64,000 nucleotides of DNA. Origin: Takakia lepidozioides. Lineage: Eukaryota > Plantae > Bryophyta. This document shows positions 1 through 10,782 of this stretch, in pieces (within the stretch, counting starts at the first letter, position 1; every line of letters begins with the position of its first letter). Location: assembly GCA_030704615.1 (NCBI GenBank), contig CM060731.1, forward strand, positions 13,020,001-13,084,000, written 5' to 3'. Under the pieces are notes generated by a model, which had not been told where the DNA came from, did not search any database, and saw only the letters and a program-made list of their open reading frames with translations. The position numbers were made by a program, and so were the translations under genes.

Positions 1-504
1 TGGGTTTCGCAAGTGAAATTTCAAGGTATCGTTACATAGGTCATTATCCAATGGTTTGTGCACAAAACAAAATGAGTTATGGTTTTGCATATAAGGGACG
101 ACGTGAGGTTGTTTTATTTCGCTAACGAATTGTACGTGCTAATTGCGGTAGGTCATTACCCATGCTTTTGTGGGCGAAACAAAATGAATTGTGTCTAGTT
201 TCCCACATTAGTGATTGCTACAAGCGTCGACATCACCGATTAAATTTGCAACTATTAATCAACGAAAATTGTTGATGGAGATGGCACTGACAGGAAATTC
301 CCTACGCGCCAACTTCATTGCTTGTGCTCACGTGAGCAAAAATTTCCAAATGTTTCACATTTCGCTTGGTGTGAGCACGATTTAGTTTCGTTGAAGTATT
401 TTCTTGAGAATATTCTTGGAATATTTGGCATATCCTCTCCGGCGCACTGAGGCGTGAGCTTGCGCACATGCTACCCAACCTCTTGCCCATTTCGAGGGTG
501 GGCT

Positions 505-640
505 TAGCAAGCTACTAGGTAGGCTCGCACCCGAGAAAAATTAGATTAATATCATGAGACTCGATGAACCTTGTATCAGATATTAAACTGATAAGAACAA
601 ATACTACCCTTGATCTTAGCCGAAAGGCCGAGAAAGGTAT
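505..640 (-). pseudogene. U2: U2 snRNA 5' part (nt ~1-136) with the 3' domain missing or replaced; probable pseudogene or chimera
   Basis: Reverse complement from 640 reads ATACCTTTCTCGGCCTTTCGGCTAAGATCAAGGGTAGTATTTGTTCTTATCAGTTTAATATCTGATA, then AATTTTT (Sm-site-like), then TAGCTTGCTA (stem-loop III loop region), all matching plant U2. No stem-loop IV TTGCAC loop follows, and there is no canonical USE/TATA upstream. Confidence 0.85.
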
Positions 641-939
641 CTAGGGGGTCAAAATGATCTCCATAGCTTAGCAATTCAAGAAGAGCCCATTGCAAAAATC
701 AACTCATTTGTAGTTAGATGTTTCACTCAATCCCCGCGGCGAGGGTCTGGAATACACTCTAATAGTGAGTCTAGTAAAAACAAACTATAAATCCAATAAT
801 AGAATTTACAAGAGAGGGCTCCACTATGGGTCAATTGTAATCACAACGTAGACAGTCAACTCTGCATGGGCCTTCTTGCAATACTGATCCAATTACTGAT
901 TTCATGACCCCCGGGTTTTCTAGAAAAAACTATAGGTCG

Positions 940-1185
940 GATCATTCATTAAAATTTGTTGCTTTCAATGTGAGAGGGTGGGCCATGCTGTCAGAAAATC
1001 AATTGCAGTTGGAACCATCAAAAAATATTTACATCTGCAAAATACACATAGGAAAATCTACTTCATTAAGACCCGAAACAGGTCTAATGGGCCCTTAGGG
1101 CTTAAGATGTATATTTTCCAACCCTGAAAGGGAGGCAGGACCCGCAAGGGAAGAGGCTCTTATTTACACTAGCTCTGGCTGGCGT
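940..1185 (+). mobile_element. Decayed LINE ORF2 AP-endonuclease N-terminus
   Basis: Translation DHSLKFVAFNVRGW resembles the hydrophobic-NVRG start of APE-type retrotransposon endonucleases. The frame breaks soon after. Confidence 0.4.
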
Positions 1186-1203
1186 GATATATATATATAT
1201 ATC

Positions 1204-1663
1204 CCACCAAAACTAGGCCATACATTTTTTTGAATATGTATTAAATATCAACATCAAGTATGATACTAGCCTAGTTAAATGGCACTCATAAACCCATTTT
1301 CCATCACTTATACATATCTGTATGGCTACATGTACGAAAATCTGTCATACATTTTATTAATATGTCATCTAATATACCACTTAAATGGTGAGGACTACGC
1401 TTACCCAACGAGTTGAAGAAGCGTATATATATATGCCACCAAAACTAGGCCATACATTTTTTTGAATATGTATTAAATATCAACATCAAGTATAATACTA
1501 GCCTAGTTAAATGGCACTCATAAACCCATTTTCCATCACTTATACATATCTGTATGGCTACGTGTATGAAAATCTGTCCTACATTTTATTAATATGTCAT
1601 CTAATATAGCACAAGCCCACTTAAATGGTGAGGACTAGGCTTACCCAAGGAGTTGAAGAAGCG
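1204..1663. repeat. Tandem duplication, 2 x ~232 bp AT-rich unit
   Basis: CCACCAAAACTAGGCCATAC...GAGTTGAAGAAGCG starts at 1204 and again at 1436, each copy preceded by (TA)n. Related degenerate units occur at ~3120-3240 and ~3990-4140. Confidence 0.9.
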
Positions 1664-1771
1664 TGTGAGGTGGTGTGAGGTGGTGGGCCCACTTAGTGGA
1701 GCTCCGGGAGGCTTCGGTAGACTGTCAGTCAAATCTCGTCCCACATTGGGAAGGTGGGGAGCACTCCACAC

Positions 1772-2358
1772 CGGTGTTGGACCGGTATCATAAACATTTC
1801 ATACCAGCCAAGTCTGGTATTGTTGGTGAAGAGGCCTCCTTCATACCTGGTAGGTAATGGTATCAAAGTAGATATTAAACTTTTAATGTACCAGTCTGGT
1901 ATGTACATTGTTTTTGTTTGGTATGGTATGGTATCAGTATTGCAAATTTCAATTCTTATACTGGGGGTATATCAATACTGGTATCAATACAGCTCCATGG
2001 TAGAAATTCTCCATGGCAGGTATAATTTGGACAATTTTATTTTTTATTTTATAAATATATAAAGTTGAATGCCGCATTTCAGCTGCTGAAAATCCCTAAC
2101 ATTCCACATATTGATACCTAGGGTGCAAGTGACGACGGAAGCCAGAGTATTGGTATCGACAAAGCTGTGTTCTTTGCAATACCAGGGCGGTCTGGTAGGA
2201 GCCCAGGTATTAGCGGTTTACTATAGTGCCCCCAATATGTTCTGCCCAGGGTAGTGCCAGTTGCTTATACCCACCCACCCACCTGGTTTGGTACCCTGCT
2301 GCGATACCCTTACCCATGCTGATACACCGCCTCGCCCCCATATACCGGTCCAACACTG
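1772..2358. mobile_element. Non-autonomous hAT element (MITE), 587 bp
   Basis: 17-bp TIR C(G/A)GTGTTGGACCGGTAT at 1772-1788 and 2342-2358; perfect 8-bp TSD CTCCACAC at 1764-1771 and 2359-2366; many internal GGTAT/ATACC motifs. Confidence 0.9.
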
Positions 2359-2479
2359 CTCCACACCACTTGTTCCCTCCTCGTGCTCCCCACCTGCAGG
2401 ACCATGTTCCAAGACACTCTCCAATTTTGCTCGCATGTTCCCACTCCCCGATGCGTTCCACAGGGCAAGGAGGGGACCA

Positions 2480-2834
2480 GGAACAAGGGAACAAGGCAAG
2501 TTCCATAGGGCGAGTAGTAGGGGAGCGGATACTGGGAAAAGGGGAGGGGGATCTTAGACTTAGAATTATTTTGGAGATGAAAAAATTATACATTGATTAA
2601 TCAAGCATGATTTGAATCTCAAACCTCACCATTGTGGTGCATATCACTTAGCCATCACGGAACAAGGGAACAAGGCAAGTTCCATAGGGCGAGTAGTAGG
2701 GGAGCGGATACTGGGAAAATGGGAGGGGGATCTTAGACTTGGAATTATTTTGGAGATGAAAAAATACATTGATTAATCAAGCATGATTTAAACCTCAAAC
2801 CTCACCATTGTGGTGCATATCACTTTGCCATCAC
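2480..2834. repeat. Tandem duplication, 2 x ~179 bp
   Basis: GGAACAAGGGAACAAGGCAAGTTCC...GCCATCAC starts at 2480 and again at 2659, nearly identical. Confidence 0.9.
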
Positions 2835-3241
2835 ACTACCATCCACTTTTCAATCTACTTTAGATTTTTTAATACCTTATCCAACAATACAAGCTCGCAG
2901 GTGAGGGGGGAGCAAAGGGGGGGGGGGGGGGGTTGCTTTTGACAGCGCCCAGCCGGACTCCCCGGCCACCTACCGGCAAGGCTCCCACGCTTGTATTCAA
3001 CTCGTTGGGTATGTGTAGTCTTCTCGCACTTAAATGACATTCCTAAATCCATTTTCGCACAATTTTGTATATGTCTATAGGGAGATATATGAGAATGTGC
3101 TATACACTTCTGTGAATATGCATGAAACATCAACATGTAATGTAACACTAGTCGCACTTCAGTGACACCCTTAAACCCATTTTTGCAAGCTCTTCCATAT
3201 GATTGCACATTATATGAAAATGTGTTGTACATTTTTGTTAA

Positions 3242-3983
3242 CCCTTAAGTTCCCAAGCGACCTCAATCGGGTCACTTTGAATTTGCAGTTCGACCTAATT
3301 TTTGCAGATCTAATCTGATGGGGCCCACTCCTGAAGCTTTAATGACAAGGGATTTGTCTCGAGTATGATGCAAAAAACAAAATTTAAAAAAAAAAACAAA
3401 AGCTACGACCTACAAAAAATATCTTAGATCTCTCATTTACGTTTTGGGGCCTGAAAAGGGTTTGTTGACCACTGACGTGGCAGGTAAACAAGGCCAAAAC
3501 AGATTGCACTCCAAAGGCCATTTTTGGCAGAAAATTAGCAATTTTGGAAAAAACACTTCACCTTGTGGTGTGTGAGCATTACATACACACATCCAAAAAT
3601 TGGCTTTTAAAAAATTTGTAGAAGTGAAAAAATCAGTTGGACCTGCAATTTAGTGGGTCATATAGCCACTCCACTATTGATTTGGAAATGGTGGGTCTTG
3701 GGGCAAGCAAAATTGGATAAAAGCTAGGTTTTGATTTGGTCAAACGAATTTCTTTCTCACTTCTTTTTTGGGACCTGATATTTGAGGTCCGGACCAATGC
3801 TATAATCTCACAATTTCCACGGTGGACGGCTCATTTTTTGTTATGTCATGCATAAATGAGCTCGGCCCATTGCTATAAGGCTGGAATCTCTGGATGTTTT
3901 TTGGTAGGTTTCTAGGGGCAATTTACTGCAGCTGGGTACCCAAAATTGATAAAATGTAAAAAAAGGGCTTGGGAACTTAAGGG
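3242..3983. mobile_element. Non-autonomous TIR element, piggyBac-like (alternatively TA-target), 742 bp
   Basis: Perfect 17-bp TIR CCCTTAAGTTCCCAAGC at 3242-3258 and 3967-3983. Flanks are TTAA (3238-3241) and TTAT (3984-3987). No ORF. Confidence 0.8.
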
Positions 3984-5758
3984 TTATATGTATAAAATAT
4001 CAACATCGAATGTTTTGCTACTCTCACTTTTGTGAATGGCATTCTTAAAACTACTTAGCATTTATTTTTTCATAGGTTTATAGCTTAATGTACTAAAATG
4101 GTCATATATTCTTGTTAATATATTAGATGAAATATCACTTCCACAACTTTTAATACCAACCCATTTAGGTTACCAAACCAACCATTCTAAACTTATACAA
4201 TCTTATACATCAGAATACAATGTCTCTAAGTAAGTCAAAAGTCATCCAAAAGCAAAACAAAACAAAACACATTCAACTTGAACAAAACATGATAATCATA
4301 TTATTTCTTATAATGTGACTCATATATATCAAGTTCATCTTAACAAAATATAAAAACGATATTTTAAAATGGAAGATTGTTTAATTTCTGTATGTCACCT
4401 GTCATTATATTTTCAAACATTTTAGTCATAATTTATGACACCCAAGCATCATTAACACTTACATTGAAAAGTGTAAGGGCTTAAGCTGCAGAATCCCATG
4501 TAATAAAGTTCTCAGGGCAACGTCCCTGTTTGAGGGAAAAAAGAAAAAAAAGTGTAGACAAGAAAAGGAAGAGAACAGAAATGTGAAATGTAACATGAAA
4601 GCAGAAAACAGAACAATTCACATTCCTCAAAGAAAAGGAGAACAACACTTACATGCCATTATGGTACGTACTCCTAAGATAGTGTATTTTCTATAATTTG
4701 CCATAGACTTTCTAAAGTGTATCGCTCAACCTGTTGTAGCCATGAGAGTGTATGGGAGAGCGTTTATTGGAGAACATAGTGCCTTAGTGGCTGTGCCAAG
4801 GATGGCCCACATTGGGGCCGTGTGGGGGCTTCTTAGAGTTAACGTGGCACAGCGGCCAGGTGCATACGCCCTCAACAGTCAACCATGACCGCGGGGCAGC
4901 CCTCTCAGTGTGTGGGACATAACTTAGTGCTGAAATTGCCTTACCATCAAAGTTATTGAGATGTTTGATGTGACATATGTAGTTGGTACTAGCTCCCACG
5001 AGCAGAGCAGGCTCTAAGTAAGTAATGGCTTACTTCCAGACAGTCGGACAGGAACGGTAGGGCTGCAGACAACCTCTATTGTGTACTTTGTTGTTACAGT
5101 GATTGTATCTCTGGAGTGTTTGACAGCTTGAATATGGCAGGTTACTATGATGTGCACGGATAGGAGTTCTTCATTGGTCAATTGTACGTCGGATTGTTGC
5201 CGCTACCTGACAACAGAAATGCAACACAACAGGGCTATGGCCCGCTGGTAACTTAAGCCACTCTTGTATTGGCCTGTGGGTCTGGGGCTCAAACCCCTGT
5301 CATCTGTCTCTCTGCCTTTGGGCTGGGGCTCTGCCCCTGTAATGCCTCCATGGCCAAGAAAGGGGTCTTGATTTGCTGGGCTGGTGTTTCCTTGGAAACA
5401 AAATAAAAATGAAAAGGCAGACAAGTGAGAGAGCTCACGAAAAAAATCTCATAAGTTAAGTGCTGAATCCCGAAAACATTCCGCTATTTTTCTTGTGCAT
5501 CTTTCGTAAGAAATGAGAGGCATTGTCTGATATGGCCTAATAAGTTTGTGGGTATTTAGTGTGTGTCATTAAGGGCTGCTAGCTCGCATCCACATCAGAG
5601 GAGTTGGCCCCACTAGTGTCATAAATTGCATTCAAGTTTGCTCGCTGTTCATCGTCCTCAACGTGCCCTGCAACGCCACCTTATTCACACATGCACACAC
5701 ACCACACTCGTACTGTCTCTCTCTGATCTCTCGCACACTCGGTAGAGAGGGCTGGTGC

Positions 5759-8700
5759 ATGAAGCTGGATATGGGTTCTCTGTCAGAGCCTTCTTCAGGT
5801 GGGTTGGGAAGTTGGGTGTCCCCAGTGCAAGCAGCTCTAGCTGGGTTGCTGCTTATAGTGTTTATACGCCGATTCTTGCCCAACAAAAGGAGAGGTTACA
5901 AGCTGCCACCAGGGCCTCGACCATGGCCTGTTCTGGGGAACTTGCCGCAGCTAGGCGATTTACCCCATCGAAGAATGGCGGAGTTCACCAAACAGTACGG
6001 TCCTCTGGTATTCCTGCGCCTTGGATCTGTACCCACAGTTGTTACCGGAAGTCCTGAAATTGCAAAGGAGTTTGTCAAGGAGCAAGACCATGTGTTTTGT
6101 TCCAGACCAAAAACTGCAGCGTCGGAGTACATTGCCTACAACGGCGCGGGCATAGCTTTGTGTCCGTATGGTGCCCACTGGCGTAACATGCGGAAGTTGT
6201 GCGTGCAGGAGCTCCTCACACCCAGTCGGATTGAGCACTTCCAGAAGGAGAGACATGAGGAGGCTCAATGTATGGTGCGGACAGTCTTGGAGACTTGCAA
6301 GCAGGGACTGGAGGTGGACATGAGGGAGAAATTTGGCACATTTGCAATGAATGTGACAACACGGATGCTACTTACTAAGCAGTACTTTGGGGAGGCTTCA
6401 GCTGGTCCCGACGAGGCTTCAGCATTCAAAGATGTGCTCCATAGAGGGTTTTTTCTCCTGGGCGTGTTCAACCTTGGAGACTACATCCCATTCTTGAAAC
6501 CTTTCGATATCCAGGGCTACGAGCGTCAAATGAAGGAGGTCCAGAAAAATCAGAAAGTAATGCTTAGCTCAATAATTCGAGAGCATCGCGAGAAGTCTAG
6601 AAAGGGGAGTGCTGACTCTACACAAGACTTTGTGGACGTCCTGTTATCTCTTCCAGGAGAGAATGGAGAGCCACGCCTCAGTGACAGAACAATTGAGGCT
6701 TTGATGTTGGTATGAACCGTTACTGTTCCACCTAAATGTATGCCGAATCTTCTTATTTCAGGCTGTCTCCTCGTTATACTGATTCTTAATGTTTACCTTC
6801 AAGTTTCTCCTCCTTGTTTTCATGTTTTTTTTGTATTGCTTCTTCCCTTTTCAACATGGGACTTCTGGAAAAGGTTCATCCAGAAACTCTGTAGTTGTTT
6901 GTATTTTGTGTCTTGTTGTTTTCTGAACTATGATTGATTTTGGCTGAAGAGGCTCCCCTTCTTTTTCCTATCTTTCGTTTCTTCTCCACTACCCGTTCTT
7001 GATGTAGAGACTGGAAGAGGTATATATGTTTCTCTTAACGTCTGCCAAGGAAATCTTAATGTTGAGGACAGGGCCTTAATTTGAATGGATCGGATATGGA
7101 TTTGGCGAGTTCCAGCCTAGGATCTTTGAGTAGTTCAAGCAGATTCTTTCTAAGAGCCCGTACCTACTTGGAAGAAGCCATTCCTAACATCAGGTATCGC
7201 AATACTGTGAATATGCTTGGAGTACTTTGCCTGGGCCTGCTGTCCTCTGAATCTTGGTGTATTTCGGTCTACTTCTATGTCAACTCTACCTTTCATTCTT
7301 TCTCAAGTTGAATTGTAGTTTTATGGTTGTGGTTGCTGCTTGCTGGGTGGATTTTCTGTCTTATTTTCCATTTTCCCCCAATCCATTAGCTCTTTGTGCT
7401 TTCCATGGACTTTACTTAGTTCCTTTCTTTCTCACGTCCACCAAAATTATCCTGACTTGCAACAAGTTTTACTTCCTAGCAAGGTATAATAATCTTTGTA
7501 AAGGCCATGTTTTAAATAATGGTGACATCACTTGCACAGACTTTCTCAGGTCCAAGGTGTCTTTTCCAACTTATTATACCTCTGTCGACAAACAGGGTTG
7601 AAATGCCATTTTCTCTAAGCTCTGTGTGCTCTGGTGCTGACATTATCCGACTGCCTTATACAAACATAATGCAGGGTCATAGCTGCAGTATCCTATCTGG
7701 TGCCACTATCTGCTGGTTCCACCTACCTGTTGTTCACAGTGGTCACTGCTAGCCGATGTGGCACAGATAAGTGCCCCATTGGACACCTGCAGTTTAAAAG
7801 AGCTGTCGTAGGCAGTGCCATAGTGTACAATCCACATGTATCTTAACCCTTCTCAGAGCAAGGGTAATACTACCTGGTGCTGATACCTCCAAAGTGTGAA
7901 AGCTAATAGTTTTAAACAAATCAATAATCATATGCAGCTTGCCATCTGCCAATCCGCCACTGACTACCTGCAAATGTGAATGTAGCATTAGTAGATGTTT
8001 GTGAGCAATGCCACAGGTTTTCTACAGTTCGCAGCAAAAAAGAGTTCTTTGACTCTCAGTTGTTGACGTTACTGCCTTCTGCAGCAGTTGCTTAAAATCG
8101 TCCATTGGAAGAAGCTGGTCCTGTATGCTCAAATGTGTATCTACTTGGACTATTCAAAAAAATGAGAACGAATGGGCTCGTGATGTTGGGAGTTTATTCA
8201 GCCCATTTTGGTTGGTTAGTTAAGAGCTTGTCTGCTCTCTATTTTGTTCATGTTAAATTTGTCATCCTTGTTTTCAGGGTTCTTTTGGTAGTGCTGAATT
8301 GTACCCCTCTAGATAGATTTGCTTATGTCTTGGCTAGGTCTTCCTGTTAACCTTCCAGATACATCGACAGAAACTCAATGTTTGCAGCTGCTGTTAGGAA
8401 CTGATGAAGTGTCTGGGATTCTTAGCAGCTAACCAGCTATACCTCAAGAAATACTAACTCTTTAAGACTCAAGGCTACGGTCAACTCTTGTGGAAGTCAG
8501 GAGTGCATTGTGCACTTCCGTGGATTCAGGATTTTGGCACTTGCTGAAGCAACCAGTCGACGGTTAGCATTTGTTCCTTTGGGAATGAAGCGCATGCAGT
8601 GGTTCTCCTCTGATCGTTTCGTATTTGTGTTCTGCCTTGTAATGAGATCCATAATCCTTCTGTGGACCTGGTTAGCTTGCGACATTTGCTTTGACTCCAT

Positions 8701-9596
8701 TTGTTGGCTAAATTTTCCTCCTTTTACCAATTTTAGCATTCAATTGATCTTCAACTGCTTGCATGGTAATTATGGGGTAAGCTGGACTTGTCACTTAGAT
8801 CCTAGACTAGACTAGTGATGACTTTGAGCAACAGGAGCCTATTAACAATCTGGATGTTTAGAAACAGACAGTTAGAAACTAATTGGAAATTAGGGTGATA
8901 AATGAAACAATAAGTCGGCTTGGTCTTGGGTGTGCAAGGATGCATTATTAATGTTTGCCTTTCAATGTGCACCAGGACATGATTGCTGCAGCCACTGACA
9001 CCTCGTCTGTGACCATGGAATGGGCGCTGGCAGAACTTGTGAGAAATCCAGAAATGCAGAGGAAAGTGCAGGACGAGATTGAACTGTGTGTTGGGAAGGA
9101 CCACCTGGTGCGAGAGTCTGATTTGAATCAGCTCCAATACTTGAAGGCAGTTGTTAAAGAGACTTTTCGCCTTCATCCAGGTGGTCCCTTTATGATTCCC
9201 CACATGTCCATGGAGGCCTGCAAAATTGCAGGCTATGATATACCTAAAAACACTACTTTGCTGATAAACCTGTTCGACCTTGGTCGAAATGGGGAAACCT
9301 TTGAGAAGCCCCTGGAGTTTCTGCCAGAGAGGTGGCTGGATGGTACAAGTGTGGAGATGAAGGACCCAGATTTCAGAATTCTGCCATTTGGTGCTGGCAG
9401 GCGAGGATGCCCTGGTTCTGCACTTGGACAGTGCTTTGTCATGCTGGCTCTTGCCCGATTGCTACAGGCCTTTGACTTCTCCCTGCCTGCTGGTGTGAGT
9501 GACCTAGATATGAAGGAGGAGTATGGTTTGACTATGCCTTTGGATGCGCATTTGAAGGTGGTGGCAACTCCACGTCCACAGGCGCATTTGTACTAG
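5759..9596 (+). CDS. CYP703: Cytochrome P450, CYP703 family (sporopollenin-precursor fatty acid hydroxylase-like); exons 5759-6709 and 8976-9596
   Basis: N-terminal TM plus LPPGPRPWPVLGNL; DFVDVLLSLPGENG and I-helix DMIAAATDTS are characteristic of CYP703; ETFR, PERW and heme motif FGAGRRGCPG present; one phase-0 GT-AG intron. Confidence 0.88.
6985..7300 (+). mobile_element. Highly decayed LINE 3' remnant in the P450 intron
   Basis: Translation PVLDVETGR resembles the C-terminal LxIETGR motif also seen in the element at 46560-47699. Boundaries are approximate. Confidence 0.3.
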
Positions 9597-10782
9597 ACAT
9601 ATGAACTTCCTTCCCTAGCTGTCTGTACTGTGGTCCCCCACCATAGGAGAAGGTGGTCTGTAGGAAGATATGGGGAATAATAACAACAGGACTGCGGGAA
9701 CCTCTAATCAGCTTTCGACCACCGAGTTGAGGTAAGATGTCCTGAGTTAAGATGCCTGTTCTGTAGAGTTTAGATGGTAAAATTTATGGAAGCACCATTC
9801 CGGCAGCCCTTCGCATCATCATCATCATCAAGCCCCAGATCTGTAGAAGCAGGTCAATCTCAAGTCTAAAACCAAGTTAAATATCTTAGTGTCCCTAGAA
9901 GCCTCTAGACCCCAATGCATCTTGACCATCTAGTAGGATGCAATGTAATGAGTTGTACGTTGGGCGAGAACATTGGGCTGTTCCTGATGCAATATTGTGC
10001 ATAAAAATCAGAGGTGACTGTACCATCTATCCCAAGCAGATGATGGTGGTTGAAAGGTATCATGAATGATCTGCAAGTGATGCTGTGTTCATGGTGCATG
10101 TAAAATCTTTTGATTGTAAATATCACCTACAGTTCTCACTTAATAGAGGAGGCTATGCCTGCGAAGAAATAACAGGGCTGAAATTTGAAAATGTAAAAAT
10201 AAAGACCTTTGCAGGAAATATCTAGAGTGCATGGCTTAGCCAACAAAAGAAGTTTCAAAAACATACTATCTGTAGCTATGGCAGTACTCACTAGGAGTCA
10301 GTAGGGATTAGAGGTAAACTCTCTTAGACAGCAGTTTTTTTCCTTGCTTGCTTGACTGGTTTTCCGAGAGAAGGTTCTTGGCTAGCCTTTCTTAGGTGAA
10401 CCCTCAATGCCTGCCCCACTTGGAGCTTTGCACAACTTGATTAATTATAAGCACTATTTTGCAATGATGTAAAAGTGATTTCTAATTTGCATCCTTCACT
10501 GCACATGTACCCTGTCTGCCTTTCAAGTAAAGCAATAACATCATGTGTAGTGCAAGAACATTCTTAGGGAGACCTGGGCTCGCTGCAGTGACACTTGTAT
10601 TGTGAGATTACAAATGTAATTGAAGTGATGTTGTACTGCCACAATGTCTGCCACAGATCCCTATAACATGTCCAATCTAGGATTAATACCCTGAGGTAAG
10701 ATGTTTGGAGGTTCCCTTTTGTGGTCAAGGTGTGCACATGCAATGGGTTCAGGTTTAGTTAAAAAGTACTTGCCGACAAGTC

